A DNA stretch of 64,000 bases from a virus. Below, piece by piece: positions 42,120 to 53,676 of this stretch (position 1 is the first letter of the stretch; every line of letters begins with the position of its first letter). The notes under the pieces are model-generated. The model searched no databases and had not been told where the DNA came from. It saw only the letters and a program-made list of their open reading frames with translations. The translations under genes and the position numbers were made by a program. The stretch lies in the IMG/VR virus record IMGVR_UViG_3300028028_000133, one strand, 5' to 3'.

Positions 42120-43085
42120 ACGAATTTATGTTAGACTTGATTGACTCTAATTGCAATTTCCCTGGTAATGCCGTCGTTTAATACATGTTTTTCTGCTGAT
42201 TTAAGTAACCGAGTTATACCTTCCGTCGCTTTGTCTATGGTCGGATAATCATAGCCCTCACATCCGTATCTGTCTGATTTCAGATACACGGCAACAGCAA
42301 CTTTGGCTTTCTTTTTATTCGTTTTGTTCATTTCTTCCTCCACTTGTCTGTGTTTACATTACACTAAACTTATTTTGACAATCTATTTTTCCTTAATATT
42401 TCCAAAAATCATAGGCGTAAACCTTTCCGTTTAATTTATACACCTTTGTTATTTCGCCGTTCCAAGTTAAACCGTCTCTTTTAAGTTTTGCCCTGTCTCT
42501 TACTTTTTTTACTTTTCTGCCCAATATTTCTTTTCTTTCAGCATAAGTTATGTCTTTCACTTCGCACCTCCGATTTTACTTCCCCATATTCTTCAAAACC
42601 AATTCAAGGATTTTAATTATGGCTTCCTGTTTTGCCTGAAGAATTTCCAGTTCTCCCATATGATACCCGTCAACATCGTCGTTAATAATTTCATCAACGC
42701 GTTCAGAAGCCTTTACGGTTTTTCCGCAAACATCACACTTTAAAGTTATATCGTCCTGCAACTCTAAATAGCCTAAGCATTGGTTTTCATCATGAGTCAT
42801 TGGCATTGTTTCCTCCGTTTTTTTACTTTTCAATTTCGACAATGTCATCGCGACCGATGTCTAATGCTTCTGCGATTGCTTCAAAAAATAATCCAAGATC
42901 TCTCAGATTATTGCAAGTTTTAGATGAACATGTTATTTGAACTGTGATTTTATCCATATTGTGTTACCTCCATTTTTTTTAACCATCAAAACACCAGCGA
43001 ATCGCAACAAAATATCACCTGAATTCTGACAAAACAGGCAATGCTCGTTAACGATTCGCTGGCTGATATCTTCTTCAATGAACAA

Positions 43086-44129
43086 TCAGAAAAGAACTTT
43101 ACTTTTTTTTGACTTGGTTTTTTCTGGTATTTTATTCGCGGCAGGGGTTTCGCCCCCGTCAGTAGTAAGCACACATCCTTCAATAATTTTATTTTTATTG
43201 GGTCCGAAAATATCAGGATGGGGTATCAACGATGCAATTTTATCGCTTTGTTTTACCCGGGCTTTCCGTAGTTTTTCTGCAGCTTCAAGTATCTGCTGGA
43301 TATTCCACAACCCACGAGCATAGAAAAATCCAGACAGCCTGTCTTGATAAGTACCAAGTTCATCAGACAATATCCTTGATTCAAAAGCTCCGTCCTCTTT
43401 TCCAAAACGAATGATCCATTCTTTTGGAACGGATTTTCCATTCATTTCTTCCCATGCGCATCTATATGAGGCAACCTGATAATAATACTCTGTCCATATG
43501 CCACTGGAACTTTTGTAATCAACGATACTAAGCTCGTCATGTATTTTTCCTAAGGCATCGAGGGTGCCGGCAAATCTATATTTTGCTGAGAACACCGTGG
43601 TCTCCGTTTCGAGAACTTCAAAATGAACTTGTTCCCGCCAATCGACAAATGAAGAAAGACACCGTGTTATGCAATTCTCGGAGCTATCGGGAATTAGGAC
43701 ATTGGGATCTTTTTTCTTAAACTCTGCGATTTTCTTTTTAGCCTCACTGACTAAAAAATCATTACACTCCGTGACAGTATAACGATGTTTTTTGTTCGCA
43801 AGTTCCATTACATGGAACCCGGATATGACATCGTGAGCAATTGAACCAATGTCTGCTGCTTCTTTTTTTATCTTTTCGTGCGCATTTTTTGCGCCGTATA
43901 AAATATCGTTGATGTTCAAATCTTCAAGTTTGATTTCTCCCGCGAGGATTCGCTGAAGATACTGTCCAATATACGCGACAGTAACTTTAGCCGCCCAGGG
44001 AACCAACGCTGGTTTATTGATAACGCTTAAAATGGTTGTTGATGATGGTAACTGTGCATTTCCAAGCTCTGGAATCACATAGAAACGTGTCTTTCCGTAT
44101 TCAACTCTCTTATATGTTATTGGTAGCAT
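43086..44129 (-). CDS. PD-(D/E)XK exonuclease (phage-type)
   Basis: LPSSTTILSVINKPALVPW, GSIAH, E...FAGTLD...IVDYKSS, QVASY. Confidence 0.75.
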   Translation of the reverse strand: MLPITYKRVEYGKTRFYVIPELGNAQLPSSTTILSVINKPALVPWAAKVTVAYIGQYLQRILAGEIKLEDLNINDILYGAKNAHEKIKKEAADIGSIAHDVISGFHVMELANKKHRYTVTECNDFLVSEAKKKIAEFKKKDPNVLIPDSSENCITRCLSSFVDWREQVHFEVLETETTVFSAKYRFAGTLDALGKIHDELSIVDYKSSSGIWTEYYYQVASYRCAWEEMNGKSVPKEWIIRFGKEDGAFESRILSDELGTYQDRLSGFFYARGLWNIQQILEAAEKLRKARVKQSDKIASLIPHPDIFGPNKNKIIEGCVLTTDGGETPAANKIPEKTKSKKSKVLF

Positions 44130-44536
44130 TAGTCTCCTCCTAAAAACTCGGTCTCAGGTTCAGCCGATTCGTCTTTTTCATCTTTCTCGACTATATCGTC
44201 AAGAAAAGCAATCTTCTGACACAAAATTTCAATAATTTTGTGTGTAATCTCGTTTTTGTCTTTCCATATTCTGGAACGCAGTTTACCCTCGACAAAAACA
44301 GGTGAACCCTTTTTCAAGCAGTCATTGCAATTTTCAGCAAGTGCGCCCCAGACGGCTGTTGACATAAAAATAACTTCTTTCTGCCAGTCACCTTTTTGAT
44401 CTTTATATTTGCGTTCCGAAGCTATCGTGAAGTCACACACTTTTTTATTTCTCGTTCTTGAATATCTCAATGTGGGATCATATACTAGTCTGCCTGTCAA
44501 CCAGACATGGTTTTCTTTTGGTAATTTACCCGGCAT
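44129..44536 (-). CDS. ssb: single-stranded DNA-binding protein
   Basis: NHVWLTGRLVYDPTLRY, WGALAE, KGSPVFVEGKLRSR; likely start MPGKL. Confidence 0.85.
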   Translation of the reverse strand: MPGKLPKENHVWLTGRLVYDPTLRYSRTRNKKVCDFTIASERKYKDQKGDWQKEVIFMSTAVWGALAENCNDCLKKGSPVFVEGKLRSRIWKDKNEITHKIIEILCQKIAFLDDIVEKDEKDESAEPETEFLGGD

Positions 44537-44734
44537 CGCATTGTCCTCCGTTTCTTGAAAGATATATGGCAGAGCATTCATCCCGCCTGTTGTCCCATTG
44601 CTCTCGACAAAAAAAATATCGCTTATACTCTTTCTGCCCATCCGTCCTCGGAACAATTATCACAACACTGACAAGATTTTTCGTCGCCGAACAATTTGGA
44701 ATATCACAACGAGAAGCATTTGATTTCTTGCTTG

Positions 44735-45694
44735 TCATTTTTTGCCTCGCTTTAAATATTCCTGTTCCAATATGAAGAAAATTTCTGCCGTCAGCCGAGC
44801 GTCATACCCGGCCCGATGAGCGCGGCTGGTCGAACCGTTCGAACCTATGGGAGTAACTTCCTTCCCGAATTTTTCTATGTCTATGCCGAGATGAATTGCC
44901 AGCGGTACTAGATGACAATTGGCGTGCGGATAAAGACGAGCCGCCATCTCAAAAGTATCAATAACAGGGTTGCGAAGTTCCGGCATTCCCGCCCGTTTAA
45001 ATGACTCCGATAAAAATGAAAAATCAAAGAAATGATTGTGAAAAACCAAGACGGTATCGTCGTGTCCGATAAAACCGGCAAGTGCTTTCAATGATGCCTC
45101 GGGGCTGCTTCCACTTTCATCTATTTGCTCTTGAGTTATACCAGTGATTTTCGCCGCATCTGGGCTCAGAGGTATGTCGGATTTGAGAAATATTTCCAGA
45201 CTACCTTTGTCAAACCTATGCGGACTATATTTAATCAGATATACTTCTATCATGCGGTCGGAAAGAGGCGAGAGACCCGTCGTCTCGGCGTCGATAACGC
45301 AAATATCTTTGCCATTAGTATCGGGCAATTGATAGTCTGCTAAAGTATTTGCATGTCCAGACGCTTCTTTTAATATGAGCGGCAAATGGTAATTCAAGAA
45401 ATGGCAGCAATCCATTCTGCCACCGACATCAAACTCGCACATAAGCGCAGCCGAGCAGGCACCGTTTTTATAACAAGAACAATGTTTATTAATAAGTTCT
45501 CGTATGGCGCCGAATGTTCCGTTCCCCTTTTTTTCTCTTAATATTCGCGGTAATTGATGGTTTAAAAAATGGCAGCAATCCATTCTGCCACCATCAGAAA
45601 ATTCACATTTAGCCACCGCCAAACATGTCCCATCTTTATAACAGGTACACTGTTCGGCAACAATCTCTCGTATAATTTTAAGAATATCGTTCAC
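44735..45694 (-). CDS. DEDDh 3'-5' exonuclease (Pol III epsilon-like) with a duplicated Cys-rich N-terminal domain
   Basis: IDAETTGL, FHNHFFDFSFL, IDT, AHRAGYDA. Confidence 0.8.
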   Translation of the reverse strand: MNDILKIIREIVAEQCTCYKDGTCLAVAKCEFSDGGRMDCCHFLNHQLPRILREKKGNGTFGAIRELINKHCSCYKNGACSAALMCEFDVGGRMDCCHFLNYHLPLILKEASGHANTLADYQLPDTNGKDICVIDAETTGLSPLSDRMIEVYLIKYSPHRFDKGSLEIFLKSDIPLSPDAAKITGITQEQIDESGSSPEASLKALAGFIGHDDTVLVFHNHFFDFSFLSESFKRAGMPELRNPVIDTFEMAARLYPHANCHLVPLAIHLGIDIEKFGKEVTPIGSNGSTSRAHRAGYDARLTAEIFFILEQEYLKRGKK

Positions 45695-45706
45695 TTTTTC
45701 CTCCAG

Positions 45707-46126
45707 TTATGCTGTCACTCTAAAATAATGAAGAATTTCTTTCACTTCTTTTTGGTATAATGGTAGGATGCTCATTCCGTAAAGATAAGTGGCACTTAGA
45801 TCTTCAACCCTGGTAATTGTTCCCGAAATCAAATATTGTTGATGCGACGGCAAAGAAATCATCAGATACACGTTGGTCTGAAGCGGATACATTTTAGAAC
45901 ATTCTAAACACACGCCGGTTTCGGAAAAATTCAACAATGCCGCTTTGTTGTATTGTTCGCCATTGTCTTTTTCGGTGCGAGATACCATTGCCACAATAAC
46001 CGATATCTTAACCCGCTTGGCAGTTCGGTGCGGACCCATGTTGCCGCCGAAAAAAAAGTCGTAACCAGCAGCGGCAAAATTGTAAATTTTATCAATTAAA
46101 CTTCTTTTCGGTTTATCGTTATCCAT
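45707..46126 (-). CDS. PilZ domain protein
   Basis: RxxxR (RTAKR) and NxSxxG (NFSETG) c-di-GMP-binding motifs. Confidence 0.75.
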   Translation of the reverse strand: MDNDKPKRSLIDKIYNFAAAGYDFFFGGNMGPHRTAKRVKISVIVAMVSRTEKDNGEQYNKAALLNFSETGVCLECSKMYPLQTNVYLMISLPSHQQYLISGTITRVEDLSATYLYGMSILPLYQKEVKEILHYFRVTA

Positions 46127-46570
46127 GGGTCTCTCCTTTTGTCAGTAAGTTTTAAAATCAATATATCCTGTGGCGCCACGAAGACGAGTAATGGCGTCGG
46201 GGCAAGGACTACCCTCGGTGAGTTTGGTTTTTGTGTATAAAAAAAGCTGTATAATCGAAGTCATGTATCTAACCACTGTGCGATACGCCTCGGCGTTGAT
46301 ATTGTTTTTTTTATTGGAAATTTGCTTACGCAAAAACTCTTTACATCTTTTAATGGACAATCGCTCTCCTGTCCGCGTTTCTTCTTTCATAAGTTTAAAG
46401 ACCAAATCATGGATGACAGATCCGATTTTGGCCGCCTGACCATGCCTAATCGTAATTTTACTCTTTACATCAACTGTTTTATTTTTCACAATTCCTCCTT
46501 GCTTTGACTCAGTAGCGAAAGATCTAATGAATTTTGATCTCTCTGCCTACTTCATGAAATCGGTGCCGCG

Positions 46571-46969
46571 TTAAAACATAACTCGTGTTTTCTTTTTCTT
46601 GTTTATTACCGGCAACACTTGTTCTTTATCCTTTCTTGGTTTTTTGAGTTTTAACTCTTCCGCCTCGGCGACTAATCCTTCCATTATAGACATCACCTGC
46701 TCAAAGACCCAGTCGTGATAAGCATCGGCCGTCTTTCCAAATGGACATCGCTGGGTATAAATAAAAAAGGCATATCTATGTTTGCAACACACAATGCCTT
46801 TTTCTTTAGGAGTGTCAGGACACGAGCATTTCAGTTCTTCCGTGGCGGGATTGTAAACTACCCTTCTCTTGTTCTCGCCGACTTCATATATCTCAACAGG
46901 AACTGTCTGGACTCTTCTTATCTGTTCATTCTTGATAATAAATAATGCTTTTAGAAATCGAGTGTTCAT
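46571..46969 (-). CDS. SWIM zinc-finger protein
   Basis: CSC...CKH. Confidence 0.6.
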   Translation of the reverse strand: MNTRFLKALFIIKNEQIRRVQTVPVEIYEVGENKRRVVYNPATEELKCSCPDTPKEKGIVCCKHRYAFFIYTQRCPFGKTADAYHDWVFEQVMSIMEGLVAEAEELKLKKPRKDKEQVLPVINKKKKTRVMF

Positions 46970-46984
46970 TTTTTTGTTTTTGTT

Positions 46985-47013
46985 ATTATAACCAATTTAA
47001 GTTAGTTTGTCAA
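46985..47013 (-). promoter_or_regulatory. consensus sigma-70 promoter
   Basis: TTGACA-17 nt-TATAAT, with an A-rich UP-like tract upstream. Confidence 0.8.
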
Positions 47014-47044
47014 CCTATCCTATATTTTTTTTATTTTTTTTTAT

Positions 47045-47572
47045 TTAGGTTGCCTTATCCGTTTCCGGCGTATCATTTACAATACCCGCCTGTTGTGAAA
47101 TAAAATAATTTTCTTCCCGCTGGCCACTTGTCGCAACCCACGAAATAAAACCATTTTGGGTCACTACAATACTGTCAATCATTTCGATATCGACAATATC
47201 CGATGCGTGCTTAAGACGAACTGCATTTTCTTTGTCTTGGTCAGAAATGATTAAATGTCCCGACGGATGATTGTGTATGACAACAAAGCTCTCGCAGGCA
47301 GCTGTTAATATTAATCTAAATATTTGAGCGGGTGAATTGAACGTGGTTCGACTCGTGCCGATAGAAATGATGGATAAAACCCGGGGCGAATTATCGCCCG
47401 CTAATCCGACTACGACAACCATTTCTTTGTCAGACAGCAACATATTAGGTAGGTGTTGTCTGAGTAATTTATAAACGTCAGTCGGGCTGGAAATGGTTCC
47501 TTCCCATGGAAATTCTTTTTCTACTACCAACCGTAAACTAACAATCTTAATTATGTTTTCCATCGTTCTCAC
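47045..47572 (-). CDS. RadC-like JAB domain protein
   Basis: ISSPTDV, E, HNHPSG...S..D, IDSIVV. Confidence 0.8.
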   Translation of the reverse strand: MRTMENIIKIVSLRLVVEKEFPWEGTISSPTDVYKLLRQHLPNMLLSDKEMVVVVGLAGDNSPRVLSIISIGTSRTTFNSPAQIFRLILTAACESFVVIHNHPSGHLIISDQDKENAVRLKHASDIVDIEMIDSIVVTQNGFISWVATSGQREENYFISQQAGIVNDTPETDKAT

Positions 47573-48259
47573 CTCCGTTTTTTATTTTAATCGGTTCACC
47601 GACCCAACCGCCGAAACCATCGTTTCTCGCCAGCCACAAGTTTTCTCTTTCGACAGCGGGGCAAGAATCAATGTATTTAATGAGATTTGATTTATCGTCA
47701 GACATTTTTACAGCTCTGTTCCCCTTCCACACGGAATATCTATAAATTTTAATCATCAATCCCCCGCAGTTATTTCTCAAACGGCTCAAATGTGACAGGA
47801 ACGCTCAACTCAATCAATTGGTGATACAGTGTGTTCGTGACTTCGTGGCATCCGATTTTCAGGCGCACTGTCCCCTCAAAAGTTGATTTCATATATAGTC
47901 CAATACTTTCGTTGGCGGCAATATTAAGAGCCAAACTTATGCCACGAATAATATGGGAAGCATCTTTAATAGAAGGGTCAAAATATAAACATACGGCGTA
48001 AAGTTGTTTCGTTGTCGCCTTTTTAATTTTGTGAAACTCTTCTTCCGTCGCTAACATTTCTTTTTCACGAACGAGATGTTTCGTCACGGTGTTAAAAGGC
48101 GTCAGATAGTACATACCGTTGGGACCCCTTTCTGACCGGAAGCTATCACATCCAGATATTTTCAACCAATTGACAAATACTCCCACAATATCGTTTATAT
48201 CGTTTTTCATAAAAATTCCTTTTTAAAAAATTAAATTTCGTCTGACCCGGTAATGCTCG

Positions 48260-49024
48260 CTATATTAGCAAGGGCTCTGGCAGTTTCCGGCAGATGCGAG
48301 TATTATCGACAATAAATTTTTGTCCGGGTATGCACGTGGCCATTGCAGGACAGCTCTGACACGCCGAACTCGGATTATGCTCAAATTCGCACCGATTGAT
48401 TTTGACAGCGATGTTGCTTATTTTCCGAAATGTTTTGGCACGAATCTCCGAGGTTATATTAAGTGTGCGCGTTTCGTCCCAGCGCAACCACCAATATTTC
48501 ACTGTAAAGGGTTTGCCATAAATCTGTTCAGCCGCCCACTGATAGATGACCGTTTGGAACGAACTTAGAAGCGATAGCCAGTCGGATGCCATGAATTTCC
48601 CGGATTTATAATCTAAAATAAAGAGTTTATTCGCCTCTTGGTCAATCACATCGAACACGCCGGTCATGGTTAGATTTTTATACGGAAGGCTAAATTTTCT
48701 TTCAACAGCCAGCGGTTTGTTCGACGGATAGTTGGAATAGAAAACATCCAGCATAGAGATGACAGGATAATAAATCTCCGCATACTGCTGTTTCGATAAG
48801 CCAAGACCGAGTTCGTTAATTATCGACTTGGCGGCGTCAGAATATATTTGCCTGACGTTCATTTTCTGCGGTAAAAGATTTCCGCAATTTTCCATAACCT
48901 TATGTGCCACTATGCCTATCAATAAAGGCACGGTTTTGACGAATTTTATGCCGTCAATATATAAAAGTTTATAAAGATGAGGACATCTAACATACGTGTT
49001 TAATTTGCTTTGTGACATTCCCAT
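48260..49024 (-). CDS. RecB/Cas4-like PD-(D/E)XK nuclease with a putative Fe-S cluster
   Basis: SQSKLNTYVRCP, G..AH, E...GVFD...ILDYKSG, Q..IY, C-terminal CQSCPAMATC. Confidence 0.75.
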   Translation of the reverse strand: MGMSQSKLNTYVRCPHLYKLLYIDGIKFVKTVPLLIGIVAHKVMENCGNLLPQKMNVRQIYSDAAKSIINELGLGLSKQQYAEIYYPVISMLDVFYSNYPSNKPLAVERKFSLPYKNLTMTGVFDVIDQEANKLFILDYKSGKFMASDWLSLLSSFQTVIYQWAAEQIYGKPFTVKYWWLRWDETRTLNITSEIRAKTFRKISNIAVKINRCEFEHNPSSACQSCPAMATCIPGQKFIVDNTRICRKLPEPLLI

Positions 49025-49181
49025 AATGAACTCCTCAAGAAAAATTAAAGAAATCTGAACGTCTTTTTTACCGTCGGAAAGAAATTCTGAGGAAAAGTAA
49101 AAGAAAAGTAGAAAACAGGGACAGAAACATTTTCTGATGGTGAACAGGAATGTTTTAGGCTCTGTCTTCTATGCTAAAAAA

Positions 49182-49246
49182 TAATCCCGCCATCGCCTTA
49201 AGAGAATAGAATATAATCTATCATCAGCAATGGCGGGGTTTATTCT
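49182..49246 (-). repeat. conserved 65-nt hairpin, copy A
   Basis: 54/65 identical to 56046..56110, with compensatory changes. Confidence 0.7.
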
Positions 49247-49250
49247 TAAT

Positions 49251-49281
49251 AAAAAAAACAGTTCTTCGCGGAGAGAACTGT
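49251..49281 (-). terminator. Rho-independent terminator
   Basis: ACAGTTCT...AGAACTGT stem followed by a T tract. Confidence 0.65.
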
Positions 49282-49634
49282 CAAAGACCGTGCGTTGCGA
49301 GACAATTAAAATCTTATTCTGATATATGGGGAAAGTTTCCCCTGCCATCTAATAGAGAACTTTCATTGACAATCGTAAGTCCTGTTTTCATATCAGAAAG
49401 TTTTGTCGTTATGTCGGTATTTGGCGAGGACAAGTATTCCGGCTTTGGTTCGCAAAGAATGGCGGTGTTAGGATTAAATGCTCCATTCCGGATACCGAGC
49501 GAGCGGATTTTATATGGTTTCGGCGTACCCATAAATATCCTCTGACGAAATATCCCGCAAATTGCATTTTCCACATTCGCGAAAAATATTGCTATGTACA
49601 CGATTGCATTTGATATCATGTTCCTCCTCTTGTG

Positions 49635-49674
49635 AAAAAAAGAAGGGCATCTGAAAATTCCAGATACCCTTCTT
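49635..49674 (-). terminator. Rho-independent terminator after ssb
   Basis: GAAGGGTATCTG...CAGATGCCCTTC stem followed by T7. Confidence 0.7.
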
Positions 49675-49694
49675 ATATTTAATCTGCCGGTAAT

Positions 49695-50147
49695 TTAGAA
49701 CGGCACTTCGTCTTTTTTCTTTTTCCTCGAACTGGTTGTCTCGCCGCCAACGCTCTCGTCAGACGGAACTTCTTCGCCCGGGGTCTCTTCAGGATTTTTG
49801 TCGTCTTTCGTTGACAGAAATTGAAGAGTTTTTATCCTGAGATCAAGAGAAGTCCTCTTTTGCCCGTCTTTTTCCCACTGATTAGAAACAAGCGAACCTT
49901 CCACAAGTACGGCATCGCCTTTGTGTAAATATTTCTCCACCAGTTCCGCAGTTTTACCCCATGCGGTGCAGCGAACATACGTTACTTCCTTCGTGTAATC
50001 GGTTTCACCCGTTTTCTTGTAAGACCTGTTCGCGGCCAAACTTATATTCGCCACCTTTTGTCCGTTCTCAAGATCCTTTACTTCCGGATCCCGAGTAAGT
50101 CTTCCTACCAGCAATACCCGGTTTAGTTCTGCTAACTTCGTGCCCAT
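49695..50147 (-). CDS. ssb: single-stranded DNA-binding protein
   Basis: LNRVLLVGRLTRDPE, AWGKTAE, KGDAVLVEGSL, acidic DEVPF tail. Confidence 0.92.
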   Translation of the reverse strand: MGTKLAELNRVLLVGRLTRDPEVKDLENGQKVANISLAANRSYKKTGETDYTKEVTYVRCTAWGKTAELVEKYLHKGDAVLVEGSLVSNQWEKDGQKRTSLDLRIKTLQFLSTKDDKNPEETPGEEVPSDESVGGETTSSRKKKKDEVPF

Positions 50148-51010
50148 GCTCCCTCCCTTTAACGCTCTGCGGCGGTAATTGTTTTTACCTTAAATGCCTT
50201 TTTTGCTTTATCGTAAATGTCGTTTGTACTTACGCTGACAGTTCGACCATTGGAATTAACTGCGACGGCGTAACCGTTGATATAATTCATCCTTGAATCA
50301 CTTCCAGCTTCTATAATAATAGCGACTTCGCCGTCAACGAGATGTTTCGCAAGTTTTGCGGCAAAATTAATTTCGACATAATCGCCTTTTGAATTTGCCT
50401 CACCGTCCGGTATGCGTCCCTTATCGGCATCAACGGTAAACCCAACTTTCGTTTTGTCTTTGTCGTTTTCTATAATCCCCAATTCATATTTTTGACAAAA
50501 CTCTTTGAATTTTGTGGGGTTTTTAACTTTGAAATAGTTTGATCTCGCATTTGCATAAAAATCTGACATTGTTATTTGCCCTCCTTAAAAATTAATAATA
50601 CCAGACATGTAGCAGTTCGTAAGAATCGTTGCTGTCGGTATTTTTTCTCAGTGCAAAATATACTTCTTTTATTTTTCCATCATTAACCATTTTAGCATTC
50701 AGTTTGGTGTCGGTATGCTTACCGAATATAACTTTATCATTCAGCAATTCATATTCTTTTTTGAGTATTTTTTTAATTTCTTTTATTTGCATTATATAGT
50801 GTCCTCACCTGTAACTTACCCCATTCTTTGACGGACGACGAGGCAAATCCTGCCAGTCCGATCGCCAAAGTTTTATTTCAGCAAGTATATCATCAGATGG
50901 ATTATGGATTTCTACTCCGTCCATACATATGCGGACCAAAACACGGTTGCGTGGTATTCCTTTCGCGTCCGATATTGTCAGTGCTTCTTCGACCGTTTTT
51001 GCTTTGCAAA

Positions 51011-51361
51011 TTAACATTTCACACCTCCGATACTTTTTGCTACGGCACAATACTGCAGTGTCTTTCTATTCGTTCCAAAACGAGAACACACAGACGGCTT
51101 CATTTCTTTGCCATATTTTTGTTGTATCAAACAAGTCATTTGTCCGAACAGTAGAAACGGGCATCGGTCGTTATGCTCACTAAAATCGATAATATAGCCG
51201 GAAGGTGAAAGACTATCTGTGGTATTCAATTTGGGTAACAGGCTTTTAAATATACTTTCCCGCTCCCACTTTCTTATGTCACCTTTAAATATTTCTACCC
51301 AGCCGATTCCGGTTGAGCCATCGCAACATTGCCCGCATCGTTGACATTTGAAATTTGACAT
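51011..51361 (-). CDS. YkgJ family cysteine-cluster protein
   Basis: FKCQRCGQCC, CPFL, C.I...KPSVCSRF. Confidence 0.7.
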   Translation of the reverse strand: MSNFKCQRCGQCCDGSTGIGWVEIFKGDIRKWERESIFKSLLPKLNTTDSLSPSGYIIDFSEHNDRCPFLLFGQMTCLIQQKYGKEMKPSVCSRFGTNRKTLQYCAVAKSIGGVKC

Positions 51362-51760
51362 ATGTCACCTCGTTTTGTTGATAATGCTCAACACCGCTGT
51401 CGCGATTCTACCCTCATCTTCCGTGTATATTCCATCAACTGCACGGTTTTCAACACGGCAGCAATAGCCCGCGACCGCATTGATGATTCTTTCGTATTTT
51501 TTTAACTTTTTTGTTTCTGCTGTAACTTTTTTCATCGGTTCTCCTTTTCGCCTGTAGAAATTTAGTTTGGGATAAATGAATTCTGCGGTTTTCATATTTT
51601 GAAATATTTTTCTACCATTTTTCCGCACCAGTCCGAACTACGCTTACAACTTACGCAACCGAAAAATCCCTTGCCCTTGCATTTATTTTTACATTCAATT
51701 TTGCAAATTTTTTCGTATTTGGTCATTAGATTACATCCTCTGGGCAATTGATAATACTTT

Positions 51761-52021
51761 TTATATTTCAGTGGCTAGCCAATCTTCAAACGATTTCCAT
51801 TCTGTCAAATCTCTAACCCGTGATTCAACAAATACTGTTAGATATTCGTCATATTTTTTGAGTGCTTCGGGTAATGGAATGAACTTATGCTTCGTGGGAT
51901 TTAAACTCCAAATCTTTTTAACATACACAGGATTGGGCTTTTTGACATCAGGATGTTCTTTCAATAGCGGACTAATTGACGTAAATCCTAAATACATCTT
52001 GGCGTAAAGCTTTATGCTCAT
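51761..52021 (-). CDS. hypothetical protein
   Basis: First gene after the promoter; paralog of 22223..22402. Confidence 0.6.
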   Translation of the reverse strand: MSIKLYAKMYLGFTSISPLLKEHPDVKKPNPVYVKKIWSLNPTKHKFIPLPEALKKYDEYLTVFVESRVRDLTEWKSFEDWLATEI

Positions 52022-52046
52022 TTTATTCCTCCAATAATTTCAAATC

Positions 52047-52075
52047 ATTATAACCTAAACAGGTTAATAAGTCAA
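52047..52075 (-). promoter_or_regulatory. near-consensus sigma-70 promoter
   Basis: TTGACT-17 nt-TATAAT. Confidence 0.75.
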
Positions 52076-52086
52076 CTTAATTTTAA

Positions 52087-53019
52087 TCAGGCGGAAACAT
52101 TCGTCAGAGAAAGCGAATCGCCGGATATATGCGGCTGGTGTATTAACATTGTCAGGTTCGAAGTAACAACTGCCATCGGGAACAATTCTGGCTGGCGGGA
52201 CGGCTGAATCAGTTTGTGAACTTCATGATTCAGGGTATACTGTGTCTGTTTTCTCTTTGTCACTTTCGGCGAAAGCCAGTCTCTTAATGACTGCGGATAC
52301 GGAATCAAGCAAGTTCCTAAAATTCTCGCCTTAGGCGGAAGTCCTTGTTGCCGGCGATTCATCTCGGCACCGTTGATAAAGTGAACTCGTCCGGATACGG
52401 GCAGGCCTTTCTCGTAGACTGTGTCTTGCAACATTCCTAGCCAGGCGTATGCACACCACAAAACGTCGGTTTCACAATGATTTATTACCTGTAATTTTTT
52501 CGCAGGATCACCGGAGTTCCAATACGGAACAGTAAGTGCTCCGCTAAGTGACTTAATGAACTTTCTTTGAAACATTCTTTTCATAATGTTGACCAGGCTA
52601 ACGCGACAGCGATGCTTAAAAAAGATTGTATTCGCAAAGTCCATCGTCTTTTTTTTAAAGCGAGTGCAGTCAAGCGAAAGCGCACAGGATAAAACTGGAT
52701 AGTCATAACTGAAAGAATTGTGGGCGACTATCATATCCGCAGATTCGAAATGCGAGATAATTTCATCGCGATGTTTCAGTATTGGATCTGTGTATGTCCA
52801 GATGCGTTTCAAGTCTCTTGCAGCCGGCACCTCGCCATAAGAGGGTTTATTCTCAAACTGGTCGAAATACCGCGTCATTAAATCGACATCTGTCGGTCCG
52901 CTTAAGACATCGCATAAGCATAAGACAGATATTCCGTGGGCCCCGTGGTTTGACCATCCAACCACATTCGGATCCCGAAGCGATTCCACATCGAAGGCAA
53001 GTATTTTCACGAGTTTCAC
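52087..53019 (-). CDS. RNase H-like (DnaQ-like) 3'-5' exonuclease domain protein
   Basis: LAFDVES, VAHNSFSYDYPVL, HCETDV. Confidence 0.65.
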   Translation of the reverse strand: MKLVKILAFDVESLRDPNVVGWSNHGAHGISVLCLCDVLSGPTDVDLMTRYFDQFENKPSYGEVPAARDLKRIWTYTDPILKHRDEIISHFESADMIVAHNSFSYDYPVLSCALSLDCTRFKKKTMDFANTIFFKHRCRVSLVNIMKRMFQRKFIKSLSGALTVPYWNSGDPAKKLQVINHCETDVLWCAYAWLGMLQDTVYEKGLPVSGRVHFINGAEMNRRQQGLPPKARILGTCLIPYPQSLRDWLSPKVTKRKQTQYTLNHEVHKLIQPSRQPELFPMAVVTSNLTMLIHQPHISGDSLSLTNVSA

Positions 53020-53676
53020 CTCCTCGGTTTACTCATTCCGCCAAAGAAACTATATATCCTGTGCGGATGTAATGTTTCAACATGCTTATCTGTACCCAAT
53101 CATAGTGGTTGCTTTTTGTAATTACCTTGACCGTGGTAGACGGCCGGTAATCACCCTTACTGTCCGCAACACTATTATTTTTTTGTGCTTTTTTAATCAT
53201 CTTTCCTCCGAAAATTCTCTGAACATTGTGAGCATTTTGTTTTCATGTCTTTTTGCTGTAACCAAACTTTATTCTTTTCGCAATATGCCTGTCCTTTCAT
53301 TTTGAAAAAACCGCAGGCTGCTGGCCATAAGTCATCAAGAAAATTATCCATTAGATTTCGCTTTTAGTCTCAACAAGCATTTCCTTTTCCGCTTATCTTC
53401 AGCGGATTTCATTTTCGCTTGCCTGCGTGTATACGCGGAAATAACTACTTGCTGCTTAGATTCAGACAGAGAACTTTTTTTCTGTTCGATAAGTTCCATC
53501 TCCGCGACTATATCTATACTGTCTATCCAATCCGGTTTCTGGATAGAACTCCGTGAAAAACCAAGCATATCCTGGCCTGTAGCCATTGATCCTAACGCCA
53601 ATAAAAACGGCAGCATTGACGACCCTGGTCTAGTATTAAACATTATGACCTCCATTATTCGCGGGTTGTCCCGTAT

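Noticed and set aside
45365..45675. Direct repeat as a DGR template/variable pair
   Set aside because: Both copies are in frame within one gene, and the differences are not adenine-specific.
46988..46996. Self-target of array spacer ATTGGTTAT in the strong promoter
   Set aside because: A single 9-nt match is expected by chance in 64 kb, and the partner spacer does not match the flanks.
48260..49024. cas4 of a CRISPR locus
   Set aside because: No other cas adaptation genes or array are nearby, and solo Cas4/RecB-like nucleases are common in phages.
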